From a virus, in the IMG/VR virus record IMGVR_UViG_3300027631_002653, positions 11,071-75,070 of that record: a stretch of DNA of 64,000 nucleotides, one strand, 5' to 3'. The position numbers and the translations under genes were made by a program. Within the stretch, counting starts at the first letter, position 1; each line of letters starts with the position of its first letter. Under the pieces are notes generated by a model, which ran no database searches, was not told where the DNA came from, and was given only the letters and a program-made list of their open reading frames with translations. Positions 32,043 through 42,100 of the stretch are shown piece by piece.

Positions 32043-32048
32043 TACGGT

Positions 32049-32189
32049 ATGATGAAAGACGAAAGAAAATTAGACGGTTTGAGTGTTAGGCACGTAGCTC
32101 AAATAGTACGCCGTAAAATGATTACACGTACTAAACCATCAAGTAAAAACTATTCTCGCAAAAATTTAAAAAAAGATTTGGAGAACTGA
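32049..32189 (+). CDS. small basic protein, probably leaderless
   Basis: ATG at predicted +1 of promoter 32013. Confidence 0.6.
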   Translation: MMKDERKLDGLSVRHVAQIVRRKMITRTKPSSKNYSRKNLKKDLEN

Positions 32190-32206
32190 GGGATTGTTCG
32201 TATATT
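32177..32206 (+). promoter_or_regulatory. phage promoter
   Basis: TTTGG-N17-CGTATATT. Confidence 0.8.
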
Positions 32207-32254
32207 CACGCATAATAAGGAATTAAATAAATTAATAATATAAAAATAAAGGTT

Positions 32255-32602
32255 ATGAACAAACAAGTTAAGTTTGAAAAAGAAAATGGAGATCTGATTA
32301 GATCAGTTGCCCATTTATTAGGTTTAAAAGGTATCGAAGTGGAAAGAGATCACACTGATGGTATGCCTACAGTAGCAGGTGCCCATATTATGGGTGAAGA
32401 AGGAATTTATTTCCGAGTAAATCAGATGGGAAACTTCAATTCCCAAGAAGTTGAAAACATTAAACGAGCTCTTGATATTCGTATTGATGGTTATGAAGTT
32501 AAATTACTTAATATTGGTGATTTTGAAATGGATGATGACCGTTACTGGTATCCATCAATTGCCTTTACATTTATAAAAGATAATCAAAACGTACTTAATT
32601 AA
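32255..32602 (+). CDS. hypothetical protein
   Basis: Behind promoter 32177. Confidence 0.7.
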   Translation: MNKQVKFEKENGDLIRSVAHLLGLKGIEVERDHTDGMPTVAGAHIMGEEGIYFRVNQMGNFNSQEVENIKRALDIRIDGYEVKLLNIGDFEMDDDRYWYPSIAFTFIKDNQNVLN

Positions 32603-32621
32603 TTAAACCTAAAAAATAGTT

Positions 32622-32849
32622 ATGAAACATTTAGATCTAGATACATCAATCAAAAATTATTGGAGAAAAGCTAATGAAGCTTTAAAAGCTAAAAACATGG
32701 ATGAAGCAAATGACTTGCTTGATTATTGTTTAGTTATTTTAGGGACAGCTACCTTGAAAGGTAAGGTTGAACTAGGAGGTGTACGTGTTGACCTATGGAA
32801 AGAACGTGTTTGGTATTCAATAGAAAATAACGGATTTTTACCTGAATAA
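32622..32849 (+). CDS. hypothetical protein
   Basis: ORF track. Confidence 0.65.
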   Translation: MKHLDLDTSIKNYWRKANEALKAKNMDEANDLLDYCLVILGTATLKGKVELGGVRVDLWKERVWYSIENNGFLPE

Positions 32850-32850
32850 T

Positions 32851-32985
32851 ATGAACCCAGAAACTAAAGAAATATTGTATATAGAACTCCAAGAGATTCT
32901 TATACTAATGGAAGACATGGATAATAACATGGCTATTATTAAACTTGAAGATTTAATCAATAAAATCCAATACAACCAACTATGA
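32851..32985 (+). CDS. small hypothetical protein (44 aa)
   Basis: Hand-translated; fills gap and overlaps next ATG. Confidence 0.5.
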   Translation: MNPETKEILYIELQEILILMEDMDNNMAIIKLEDLINKIQYNQL

Positions 32986-33248
32986 AATTTCTTGAACTAA
33001 CCGGTTACGGAAATAAAATCATTCACTTTATTAATGTTAAAGCTATTGCAGAGATTAGTTTTGAAAAATCATACACACATGTTGTACTTAATAATAGTAC
33101 CTCAGTAAATGTAATTGAAGGTAAAGAAGAAATTGAAAAAATGTTTTATCATCTTGAAAGTGTTATTATTAATAAAGATATAGCTGATTATACACACGAT
33201 GATGATTTTTGGGATGATGCAACTTATGATGATGATTTACCATTTTAA
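32982..33248 (+). CDS. hypothetical protein with acidic DDDLPF tail
   Basis: C-terminus resembles an SSB-type interaction tail. Confidence 0.65.
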   Translation: MKFLELTGYGNKIIHFINVKAIAEISFEKSYTHVVLNNSTSVNVIEGKEEIEKMFYHLESVIINKDIADYTHDDDFWDDATYDDDLPF

Positions 33249-33251
33249 GAT

Positions 33252-33551
33252 ATGGCAGAGAAAAAAGGATTTACAGGCAAATTACATTATGACTTTCCTA
33301 CACAAAAGTGTCTTGAAGTTAAATTACCTAATGGAAAATGGTATAGGGCTACAGCTAATGAGTTTAGAAGTTATGATACAGAACGTAGGTTTGGTGTAGG
33401 TGAAAACACAGAACCATATGATGGTGTAGTTTATTATTATGGTACTAATAAAGTAGCACCTAAAGAAAACACATGTAAAATAATTTACCACCCACAGCAC
33501 CCAAGACGCGAAATAGTATTAAGACCTCACGAAAGACATTTACTAGATTAA
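33252..33551 (+). CDS. hypothetical protein
   Basis: ORF track. Confidence 0.65.
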   Translation: MAEKKGFTGKLHYDFPTQKCLEVKLPNGKWYRATANEFRSYDTERRFGVGENTEPYDGVVYYYGTNKVAPKENTCKIIYHPQHPRREIVLRPHERHLLD

Positions 33552-33559
33552 ATTTAATA

Positions 33560-33575
33560 ATATTTATTACATATA
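33560..33575 (+). promoter_or_regulatory. candidate late-type promoter ATATTTATTACATATA
   Basis: Identical to 30195-30210; upstream of the carbamoyltransferase. Confidence 0.45.
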
Positions 33576-33604
33576 TTGTTGCATAAAAATATAGATTACA
33601 AATA

Positions 33605-35251
33605 ATGAAGTTAACAAACGAATCAAACTCCAAAATTTTAGGTATTATAGGCGGACAACATTCTTGTGGTATTGCCTATATTGAAAACAACGAAATTAAA
33701 GTCGTATTAGAAGAAGAACGACTTATTAGACAAAAACCTTACCTTGATTTAGAAGGTGATTTCTTTAGATTCCCCCTACAATCATTACAAGAATTAATTA
33801 ATAGGTATAATGTTGATTTGTCTCAAGTTGACTATTTTACTAGTTTTCTTAAGTACGATGTTGTAAAACAAATCCTTAAACAAACTGTTGATTTTGATTT
33901 ACCTGAAAATAAATTTATTAAAACAGAGCACCATGAAACCCATTGTGCTTTAGCTTATTATTTATCTAATTTTCAAGATGATACTTTAGTAGTAGCAATT
34001 GATGGAAGTGGTGAACACCACTCAGCTAAATATTATGTTGGTACTAATGGTAATATGGAATATATTGATGGTATTGAACTTAATAGAAAATCATTAGGTT
34101 TATTTTATGCCGCAATAACCGAGTTAATTGGTTTTAAACGTTTAAAAGACGAAGGTAAAACAGTTGGAATGGCAGGACATGGTAATTTTTGGAAAGAAGT
34201 ATATGATGCTTTTGATAAATCTATTACAGTCACAGATATTAAAACTGATTTAGCTGAATTTAATGACCCACATGATTTAGCTGGTGGTTCTATTTTTAAA
34301 GAAGTAATGACTAATTTTTTTGATGTTGTTGGTAGTAAAGTTTGGAAACCAGCAATTAAAGATGTAGCATTAGCAGGTCAATTAGTATTAGAAGAAAAAA
34401 CACTACAAATTTTAAATAACTTAAGAAAACGTTACCCACATATTCGTAAAATAGCATTAGCTGGAGGTATTTTTGCTAATGTTAGAATGAATAAACGTAT
34501 TAATGAATTAGAGTGGGTTGATGAAATTTTTATTGCACCACCAATGGGCGATGAAGGATTAGCATTAGGTTCAGCATTAATTGTATTTAAACAATTACAC
34601 CCTGAATTTAAACCAGTCCGTTTAGATAATGTATTTTTTGGAACAGAATATAATGAAGAAGAAATTAATAACGCAGCCCGAGAAATCTTGGGAACTTATA
34701 ACTATATACCTCTTAACATTGATTTTATCACTAGTCTTTTAAATAATCAAAAGATTGTAGGATTATTTCAAGGTAAATTTGAACATGGACCTCGTGCTTT
34801 AGGTAATAGAACAATTATGTGTGATGCAACACATCCGGACACATATGATGTAATTAATGGTAGATTAAAACGAAATGATTTTATGCCATTTGCCCCAGCT
34901 GTATTAGATGAAGATGCTGATATATTATTTGAAGTAAGTAAATCAAGATATGCTGCTGAATTTATGACATTATGTTTTAACACTAGAGATGAATGGAAAG
35001 ATAAACTACCAACAGTTGTCCACCCAGTAGATAAAACAGCTCGTGTACAAATAGTAACTGAAAATTCAAATCCATTGTTTTATAAGATTTTAAAATCATA
35101 TAAAGAAAAAACAGGTATTGGGTGTTTAGTAAATACTTCATTTAATGTTCATAATGAACCTATAGTAAATAGACCCGTAGAAGCATTTGTACATTTAAAA
35201 AATAATATTATAGATTATTTAGTAACTCCTTATGGAATTTATTCAAAATGA
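33605..35251 (+). CDS. O-carbamoyltransferase (NodU/CmcH/TobZ family)
   Basis: EEERL, EHHETH, DGSGE, EGKTVGMA, GPRALGNR, PFAP, NTSFN. Confidence 0.92.
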   Translation: MKLTNESNSKILGIIGGQHSCGIAYIENNEIKVVLEEERLIRQKPYLDLEGDFFRFPLQSLQELINRYNVDLSQVDYFTSFLKYDVVKQILKQTVDFDLPENKFIKTEHHETHCALAYYLSNFQDDTLVVAIDGSGEHHSAKYYVGTNGNMEYIDGIELNRKSLGLFYAAITELIGFKRLKDEGKTVGMAGHGNFWKEVYDAFDKSITVTDIKTDLAEFNDPHDLAGGSIFKEVMTNFFDVVGSKVWKPAIKDVALAGQLVLEEKTLQILNNLRKRYPHIRKIALAGGIFANVRMNKRINELEWVDEIFIAPPMGDEGLALGSALIVFKQLHPEFKPVRLDNVFFGTEYNEEEINNAAREILGTYNYIPLNIDFITSLLNNQKIVGLFQGKFEHGPRALGNRTIMCDATHPDTYDVINGRLKRNDFMPFAPAVLDEDADILFEVSKSRYAAEFMTLCFNTRDEWKDKLPTVVHPVDKTARVQIVTENSNPLFYKILKSYKEKTGIGCLVNTSFNVHNEPIVNRPVEAFVHLKNNIIDYLVTPYGIYSK

Positions 35252-35442
35252 GTAATGAAGAACACTTAGAAGAAATTTTATATAAAGCTCATAAAAAGGG
35301 GTTTTATGAAGAATTATTTCATGTAGCAAATCAAATCCAAAAGCAAAACCCTAAAATTGGATTATATGAAAAAATTGATTTAGCTTATACACAAATAAAA
35401 ACAGAAAGATTAAAAAATAATGAAAATACATCTCAACATTGA
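35248..35442 (+). CDS. hypothetical protein
   Basis: Coupled ORF. Confidence 0.55.
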   Translation: MSNEEHLEEILYKAHKKGFYEELFHVANQIQKQNPKIGLYEKIDLAYTQIKTERLKNNENTSQH

Positions 35443-35869
35443 TTGTGAAGCTAATATTATATTTAATAATGACGCTAAAGTAATTTTAAAAGGTCATGAA
35501 TCATATTTAACCAAATGGTTTTTTGATGATGAATTTGTAGGTGAAATGAATCTAAGTGGAGGACAATGGGGTGCTTATCCTATTAAAGTTGGTAATTGGA
35601 AAATAGAATTACATAGAGATGATAAGATTTATAAATATGAATTGAACTTAGAAAATAGAAATGTTTTATTTATATATAATTTCCAATACCTTAAAGGTAA
35701 ACTACCAGATATAAATGAAATGGTTAGTTATATAAGTGAATTGAAAGATAAATACAAATTAATCCCATATGTTTATTTTAAAGATAGTGAAAAGTTTGTT
35801 TTACCTTTTAAAACTTTAAAAATGAATGAAAATGGAGATTTTGTCTTAATTATAGAAAAAAATGGATAA
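35420..35869 (+). CDS. hypothetical protein resembling heptosyltransferase N-terminal domain
   Basis: FNNDAKVILKG..Y...W......WKIE.....LNLENRNV pattern, by eye. Confidence 0.4.
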   Translation: MKIHLNIDCEANIIFNNDAKVILKGHESYLTKWFFDDEFVGEMNLSGGQWGAYPIKVGNWKIELHRDDKIYKYELNLENRNVLFIYNFQYLKGKLPDINEMVSYISELKDKYKLIPYVYFKDSEKFVLPFKTLKMNENGDFVLIIEKNG

Positions 35870-36524
35870 TCTTATTAAAATATATAATGGTGCTATTAGC
35901 CCTGAAATGTGTCAATTTATTATTGATAAATTTGAATATTCTCAAAATAAAGTAGACGGAATGTCGGGTGGTGGTATAAGAAAACATATCAAAGCATCTA
36001 CTGATTTAATGATACATGATGAAGCTGGTAAAGATGATGATTGGAATTACATTTACAATTATTTGATGGAAAATTTATTACACTATTTAGTAGATTATCT
36101 TGAAGTAAATGATTTTCCTATTTTATCTCAAAATTATTCAAGTAAATCAAGTGTTGTTAGAACTGCTCAAACATGTTTTATGAGTGGTAATAACGGTACA
36201 CCTCATATTCAAATGCAACGTTATATTGGTGGTGAAGGTTATTACGCATGGCATCACGAAAATGAAGGTGGTAACACATCAAAACGCGAATTATTTTATA
36301 TCTATTACCTAAATACTCTAACAACTGGTGGAACAGAATTTAAATACAACCCCCAAATTATCTACCCAGAATCAGGTAAATTAATTTTCTCACCAGCTTA
36401 TTGGACTCATAAACATAGAGGTAATGCTCCAGGAGATGGTAATACAAAATATATTATTACGGGTTGGATTGAAAGTCAAAAAAATAATATAGGTGAAGAA
36501 TTTGAACAAGATTATTTTATATGA
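35862..36524 (+). CDS. 2OG-Fe(II) oxygenase
   Basis: WHHE, YYLN, GGTEF, THKHRG, KYIITGW. Confidence 0.88.
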   Translation: MDNLIKIYNGAISPEMCQFIIDKFEYSQNKVDGMSGGGIRKHIKASTDLMIHDEAGKDDDWNYIYNYLMENLLHYLVDYLEVNDFPILSQNYSSKSSVVRTAQTCFMSGNNGTPHIQMQRYIGGEGYYAWHHENEGGNTSKRELFYIYYLNTLTTGGTEFKYNPQIIYPESGKLIFSPAYWTHKHRGNAPGDGNTKYIITGWIESQKNNIGEEFEQDYFI

Positions 36525-37471
36525 ATATAGACATACAATTTAATCCAAATGATATTACTATTTGGAATTATGAACCCAATGATATTAAGTTAAAAGGCGT
36601 TTATATTGATATAGAAACTAATTTAATAACTCACATTAATACATTATATATTCCTCCAAGTAATGGTTTTATAAGTATTCCTTTATCAAATTATTATTTT
36701 CAATATTGTAAAGGTTTTAAAGTAGAATTATATAATGGTGATGAATTAGTTTTAAGTAAATCTCACATTTATACTAATACTTTAAATAGTAGATTTTATT
36801 TCCACAGAAACGATTTTGCTCAAAATTATGGTTCATGGATGAGTTTAATACATGAACGTGAATATGAAAATAAAATATTTATAAGCCCAAATGATATTGT
36901 ATATGACTTAGGAGCTAATATTGGGGCATTTACTAAATGGGCAACGTTATTTAATCCAAATTCCATTTATAGTTTTGAACCTACCCCCTCTTTATATAGT
37001 GATTTATTAAAAACATTTGAACATAATTCTAATGTTCATATTTTTGATTTAGCTATAACAGATCAAAACAAATCTATTAATTTCTATGAACTTACAGAAA
37101 ATACAGGTAACTCATTAGTTGAAATACCTAAAGAAAATAGAATTGGGGATATATTTAAAGGAATAACTCAAGTACAAGGTATTAATTTAGAAGAATACGT
37201 TATAAAAAATATGTTACCATTACCTACATTATTAAAAGTAGATATTGAAGGTAGTGAATATGATTTTTTTGAAAACACAAGTGATGCTTTCTTTTCAAAT
37301 ACAAACCAAATAATAGTAGAATTTCATCATAACATTGAAGGTACTTCTAAGTTAGATAAAATACAATATATTATAAAAAGATTTTTAAATTTAGGTTATA
37401 AAATACAAGTTAAAGAAGGTGATTCAATTGATAACGATATGTTTACAATTCTTCTAACTAAATTTGGTTAA
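36521..37471 (+). CDS. FkbM-family methyltransferase with N-terminal extension
   Basis: DLGANIG, FEP, KVDIEGSE, VEFH. Confidence 0.88.
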   Translation: MNIDIQFNPNDITIWNYEPNDIKLKGVYIDIETNLITHINTLYIPPSNGFISIPLSNYYFQYCKGFKVELYNGDELVLSKSHIYTNTLNSRFYFHRNDFAQNYGSWMSLIHEREYENKIFISPNDIVYDLGANIGAFTKWATLFNPNSIYSFEPTPSLYSDLLKTFEHNSNVHIFDLAITDQNKSINFYELTENTGNSLVEIPKENRIGDIFKGITQVQGINLEEYVIKNMLPLPTLLKVDIEGSEYDFFENTSDAFFSNTNQIIVEFHHNIEGTSKLDKIQYIIKRFLNLGYKIQVKEGDSIDNDMFTILLTKFG

Positions 37472-37492
37472 TTAAAAAATTATTCGTATATT
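37463..37492 (+). promoter_or_regulatory. phage promoter
   Basis: TTTGG-N17-CGTATATT upstream of ahpC. Confidence 0.8.
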
Positions 37493-37508
37493 ACAACAAA
37501 TAAAAAAC

Positions 37509-38117
37509 ATGAGTTACATAGGTAAAGAATTTCCGTTAGTACATCTCAAAACAGTAAATTATGTTGATGAACGTATCTACATTATTGATGAAGCTAGAAA
37601 ACAAGGTAAAAAACTATTGTTATTTTGGTACCCAAAAGATTTTACATTTGTTTGTCCAACCGAACTACATGCTTTTCAAGCAGCACTACCCGAATTTGAA
37701 GCTCGTAATACAATTGTAATTGGGGCAAGTTGTGATTCGGTTGAAGTACACCAAGCATGGTTACGTACACCAAAAGATAAAGGTGGTATTGAAGGTGTTA
37801 CATATCCAATTTTAGCAGATACAACTCGAATACTAGCAGAATCATTAGATATTTTAGATTATAATGGTTGGGATAGTAAAGATGGTGATAACGTAACTTA
37901 TAGAGCAACTTATTTGATTGATGAAGAGGGTATAGTGTTTCATGAAAGCGTGAACCATATGTCGCTAGGTCGTGACATAAATGAGTATTTGCGTTTAATA
38001 GACGCTTATACACACGTACAAAACGTAGGTGAAGTGTGTCCGGCCAATTGGAAAAATGGGGCACAAGCAATAAAAGCAGATATAGATAGTTTAAGTGATT
38101 ATTTAAAAAATATTTAA
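37509..38117 (+). CDS. ahpC: 2-Cys peroxiredoxin (AhpC/Tsa)
   Basis: YPKDFTFVCPTE and GEVCPANW. Confidence 0.93.
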   Translation: MSYIGKEFPLVHLKTVNYVDERIYIIDEARKQGKKLLLFWYPKDFTFVCPTELHAFQAALPEFEARNTIVIGASCDSVEVHQAWLRTPKDKGGIEGVTYPILADTTRILAESLDILDYNGWDSKDGDNVTYRATYLIDEEGIVFHESVNHMSLGRDINEYLRLIDAYTHVQNVGEVCPANWKNGAQAIKADIDSLSDYLKNI

Positions 38118-38164
38118 AGCTTGCATAACTATACCATACCATTTAATCCGTATATACAATAAAA

Positions 38165-38458
38165 ATGAGACTAAATAGAGAACAAAAACGCGAACAAGCC
38201 GTAATTGATTTAATAAATCAAATGTTTATTATTGCCGGCCATCAAGTTACGTACGATGATATTAAAGACCGTAAAGATGCTTGGTATTCGGAATGGGAAA
38301 TGACAGTTCAACAAGCCGAGGAATGGAAAAAATGGGGAATTGCTTATTTACGTAAGAATCTAAAACTAAATAAAGCATTAGCCGAGCGTGAAATGCTGTG
38401 GGTTAATTTACAATGGGGACTAAAATATAGTAATTGGGAAGAATACCATGAAAAATAA
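38165..38458 (+). CDS. hypothetical protein
   Basis: ORF track. Confidence 0.7.
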   Translation: MRLNREQKREQAVIDLINQMFIIAGHQVTYDDIKDRKDAWYSEWEMTVQQAEEWKKWGIAYLRKNLKLNKALAEREMLWVNLQWGLKYSNWEEYHEK

Positions 38459-38648
38459 AAACGAAATGTTGTTATCAAAATCACACTACCACGAGATGGT
38501 AGATAGATTACACGTGATAACATGCATGATTGATACTCATTTATTGCAACATCCAGTAGCAAAACTGGATAAAAATATAAGTGGTAACATTGAAAAAGCA
38601 GTTGAGTTGTTGTGTGAGGCATATCAACAGGCAGGTTCAAAATTATAA
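38448..38648 (+). CDS. hypothetical protein
   Basis: ORF track. Confidence 0.6.
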   Translation: MKNKNEMLLSKSHYHEMVDRLHVITCMIDTHLLQHPVAKLDKNISGNIEKAVELLCEAYQQAGSKL

Positions 38649-38862
38649 TAATTAATAAATTGATTTAGTGAAAAATAAGGTTAAATTTACAGGTACAACA
38701 ATGGGAGCGGAGGAATTCGTTGAATATTGGAATAAGCATTACCCACAAAATGAAAAATCTAAGAAAATTTTACGGAAAAATACCAATCGAGGTAAAGACA
38801 GTGATTAGTATTTTGGGGATTGGTGTGGGTGAATTGATATTGGACTATTTAATAAAGAATAT

Positions 38863-39123
38863 ATGGCTATAAAACCACAAGCAATTAGAAAAGGAGTTAT
38901 CGTTAAATTCGATAACATAGAGGTTGATAAACAAAATATTATCACGGCAAGTGAGACTTGGTCTCTAAACCATGAAATATTGTTTAGGAAACTTTTACAA
39001 CAAGGTGGTATAGTTAAGATTAATGGAGTAAAGGTTGAGGTAATTCCCTCTATGAAAGTAGTTAATTCACAAGGTAATCCTGAAGTGAAAGGACCATTAA
39101 TTGACCCCTTAGCTAGATTTTAA
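38863..39123 (+). CDS. hypothetical protein
   Basis: ORF track. Confidence 0.65.
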   Translation: MAIKPQAIRKGVIVKFDNIEVDKQNIITASETWSLNHEILFRKLLQQGGIVKINGVKVEVIPSMKVVNSQGNPEVKGPLIDPLARF

Positions 39124-39692
39124 TGAATAATTTAATAATAATATCACATCCTAATAAAAATAGTTTTTGTTATAATGGTATTATGAAAACCATTAAAAGG
39201 ACTTTGGAACAAAATAAAGAAGAAGTTTGGGTAATTGATTTGTATGCAGAAAATAAAACATTTGTGTTTGAATCTGATAAAATTAAAGAATATAAAAAAC
39301 TTATCACTTGGAGTGATAGAATTTATATAATATCTCCTGTTTGGTGGTTTAGAACTACTCCAGCTTTGGAATCATTTTTTGATCAAATTTTTACCCCAGG
39401 ATTTGCATATAATTTTATACCTTTAACAAAACTTTATGGTTATCCTAAACCTCTATTAAAGTCTAAAAAAGTAAGAACATACCTTACACATGGAGCACCA
39501 AGAATACCAGTTTTATTATTATATTTAAATTCAGTAAAACTAAGATTAGTGATGGGGGTTTATTCATTTGTATTTGGTTGGTTTAAAACTAAAACATCTC
39601 AATTTTGGAGTGTACCTTTTGTTTCCCAAGAAAAAAGACAATCATATTTAACAAGTATTAAAAGAGATATTAAAAAAGATTTAAACTTATGA
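39123..39692 (+). CDS. NAD(P)H-dependent quinone oxidoreductase (flavodoxin-2 fold)
   Basis: SHPNKNSF, DLY, PVWWFRTTPALESFFDQIF, THG. Confidence 0.85.
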   Translation: MNNLIIISHPNKNSFCYNGIMKTIKRTLEQNKEEVWVIDLYAENKTFVFESDKIKEYKKLITWSDRIYIISPVWWFRTTPALESFFDQIFTPGFAYNFIPLTKLYGYPKPLLKSKKVRTYLTHGAPRIPVLLLYLNSVKLRLVMGVYSFVFGWFKTKTSQFWSVPFVSQEKRQSYLTSIKRDIKKDLNL

Positions 39693-39982
39693 CATACGAA
39701 AGATTTTTAAAAATAATTACAGAGATAGAAAAGCAAGATAAGATAGTGTCTGCTCTCTATGATTTGAAAGTAGATTTAATAGATTGGACTGATCCTTATG
39801 GAAGTATTATAGGTGAATTAATAAAAGAGATTTATGGGGAAGAAGGGTATGACTGGTTTTCTTGGTACTGTTATGAAAGAGACTTTGGAAGCAAAGAAGT
39901 AGGGGCTTGGGATGAAAATAAAAATCCAATCTGTTACAGTCACGAATCACTTTGGGAGTATTTAGAAAAAATTCCTAAATAA
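39689..39982 (+). CDS. hypothetical protein
   Basis: Coupled ORF. Confidence 0.7.
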   Translation: MTYERFLKIITEIEKQDKIVSALYDLKVDLIDWTDPYGSIIGELIKEIYGEEGYDWFSWYCYERDFGSKEVGAWDENKNPICYSHESLWEYLEKIPK

Positions 39983-40038
39983 TTAATTTTTAATATTAAA
40001 GTAATATAATAATTATACAATTTATTATTTATAAATGA

Positions 40039-40722
40039 ATGAAAACACTTATTATTTCAGACCTTCACATAGGGTCTAAAGGTTGTAAAACAGATGAGAT
40101 TTTAGAATTATTAAAAGACGAGTCATTTGAACGTTATATTTTAGTAGGAGATATAATTGATGGTTGGTTATTTACTAAATATAAAAAATTTTCTTATCAA
40201 CATACAAGAGTAATTCGTCGTTTTCTTAAATTATCTAAAGATAAGGAAATTATTTGGATTTCAGGTAACCACGATGAATTTTTACGTAAATATTCTCCGG
40301 TTGAATTAGGTAATATTAAAGTAGTAGATGAATTTATTGAAAATGGCGTTTGGTATTGTCATGGAGACAAATACGATGGTATTATTAAGATGCATTGGTT
40401 AGGTATGTTAGGTTCAGTTGGTTATGATTTAGCTATTGTGATTGACAGATTTTTAAAGCGTTTTAATAAAAAAACTAGTTTATCTAAATTTTTAAAGGAT
40501 AATGTTAAAGCCGCTGTTTCGTTTTTAGTTGATTTTGAAAATGAAATGGTTCGTCAAGCTAAAAAACGTAAATGTCACACTGTAGTTTGTGGTCATATTC
40601 ATACTCCAAATTTTAAAAATATTGATGGTGTTTATTATATAAATTGTGGTGATTGGGTAGAAAATTGTACACATGTTATATTAGAAAATAATGACTTTGA
40701 ACTATGGTATCAAAACAATTAA
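40039..40722 (+). CDS. LpxH-like metallophosphoesterase (UDP-2,3-diacylglucosamine diphosphatase family)
   Basis: SDLHIG, GDIIDGW, GNHDE, HGD, GHIH, NCGDW. Confidence 0.85.
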   Translation: MKTLIISDLHIGSKGCKTDEILELLKDESFERYILVGDIIDGWLFTKYKKFSYQHTRVIRRFLKLSKDKEIIWISGNHDEFLRKYSPVELGNIKVVDEFIENGVWYCHGDKYDGIIKMHWLGMLGSVGYDLAIVIDRFLKRFNKKTSLSKFLKDNVKAAVSFLVDFENEMVRQAKKRKCHTVVCGHIHTPNFKNIDGVYYINCGDWVENCTHVILENNDFELWYQNN

Positions 40723-41420
40723 CAATCGTAATTCCAACTTATAATGAGGGTAAATACATTGCTCGAACATTATATGCTATTGCTGCTCAATCAGGAACAC
40801 ATAAAGTAAAAATTATAATAGCGGATGCTAAATCAACTGATAATACTAGAACATTAGCTGAGGTGAATGGATTTGAATTAGGATTAAATTTAAAAGTTAT
40901 AGATGGAGGTTTACCTGCTGTAGGTAGGAATGCTGGAGCTAAATTAGCAACTACACCTTATATTTTATTTTTAGATGCTGATGTAACATTTACTCACAAA
41001 TATGCTATTAAGGAAGCGTTTAGTGAAATGATAAATGGTAAATATGAAATGTTAGGAACAACACCGGTTTATAAGGGTGAGTTCGACATTAGAGCATCCA
41101 TTATGTTCGGTCTAAACAAGTATGTAACGTGGTTACTATCTAAAACCGAACCATTTGCCATAGGTGGATTTACAATGGTTAGTAGACGAATATTTAATTC
41201 TTTGGGTGGTTATGATGAGAAAGCAACACAAAGTGAGGATTGGTTACTAAGTAAAAAAATAAAACCTAATAAATTCAAATTAATACCAGAATTAATCACT
41301 CAGGACAACAGGCGATTTAAGCGTTATGGTTATTTTAGTATGATAAAATTGTTATATAATAATTGGAAGAATCGTAACAATACTCAATATTTTTACGAGG
41401 ATCAAGGTTACTGGAATTAA
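40704..41420 (+). CDS. GT2 glycosyltransferase
   Basis: IVIPTYNE, STDNT, GRNAGA, FLDAD, GGYDE, ED. Confidence 0.9.
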   Translation: MVSKQLTIVIPTYNEGKYIARTLYAIAAQSGTHKVKIIIADAKSTDNTRTLAEVNGFELGLNLKVIDGGLPAVGRNAGAKLATTPYILFLDADVTFTHKYAIKEAFSEMINGKYEMLGTTPVYKGEFDIRASIMFGLNKYVTWLLSKTEPFAIGGFTMVSRRIFNSLGGYDEKATQSEDWLLSKKIKPNKFKLIPELITQDNRRFKRYGYFSMIKLLYNNWKNRNNTQYFYEDQGYWN

Positions 41421-41436
41421 TTAATATTTATAATAA

Positions 41437-41820
41437 ATGGCATACTCAGATAAAGTAATCGATCATTACACCAACCCAAGAAACATTGGCACTTTGGATA
41501 AATCAGACCCACGTGTTGGAACGGGATTGGTAGGTGCTCCGGAATGTGGAGATGTGATGCGTTTACAAATTATGGTTGAGGATGGTATTATTAAAGATGC
41601 TAAATTTAAAACATTTGGTTGTGGTTCTGCCATTGCCTCAAGTTCATTAACTACGGAATGGATAAAAGGTAAATCATTAGAACAAGCATTAACTATTGAT
41701 AACATGGATATTGTTGAGGAGTTAGCATTACCACCAGTTAAAATACATTGCTCAGTATTAGCAGAAGATGCTATTAAGAAAGCCATTGAGGATTATAAGA
41801 ATAAACATCTAAATGGATAG
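41437..41820 (+). CDS. iscU: Fe-S cluster scaffold IscU
   Basis: YSDKVIDHY, GAPECGD, FGCGSAIAS, LPPVKIHCS. Confidence 0.96.
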   Translation: MAYSDKVIDHYTNPRNIGTLDKSDPRVGTGLVGAPECGDVMRLQIMVEDGIIKDAKFKTFGCGSAIASSSLTTEWIKGKSLEQALTIDNMDIVEELALPPVKIHCSVLAEDAIKKAIEDYKNKHLNG

Positions 41821-42100
41821 AGCAACACTTGAACGATTGGATGATGATGATTGGTATATCTTAAAACGAAAACCACTCCCATTATCAGCAGAAACTCTAC
41901 TTAAATTAGGTAGGTGCTGCGGGAATAAATGCTTAAATTGTCCATACAAACCAAAACATACCATAGGAAATGAAAATATTCACTTTGACCACGAAAGCCA
42001 AATCACAATTAGACAAACTAATGGTGGAGGAACAATGCACCGAAGATCATTTTTTAAGAGTATCAGTAAAAGGTGGAGGTTGCTCTGGTCTAACTTATGA
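41813..42100 (+). CDS. small Cys-rich protein (DUF5522-like)
   Basis: LKLGRCCGNKCLNCPY; 3' part overlaps iscA in another frame. Confidence 0.6.
   Translation: MDRATLERLDDDDWYILKRKPLPLSAETLLKLGRCCGNKCLNCPYKPKHTIGNENIHFDHESQITIRQTNGGGTMHRRSFFKSISKRWRLLWSNL

Noticed and set aside
39960-39980. Sixth Fur-like palindrome ATTTAGAAAAAATTCCTAAAT
   Set aside because: Wrong length (21 bp), weaker symmetry and no adjacent TTTGG promoter
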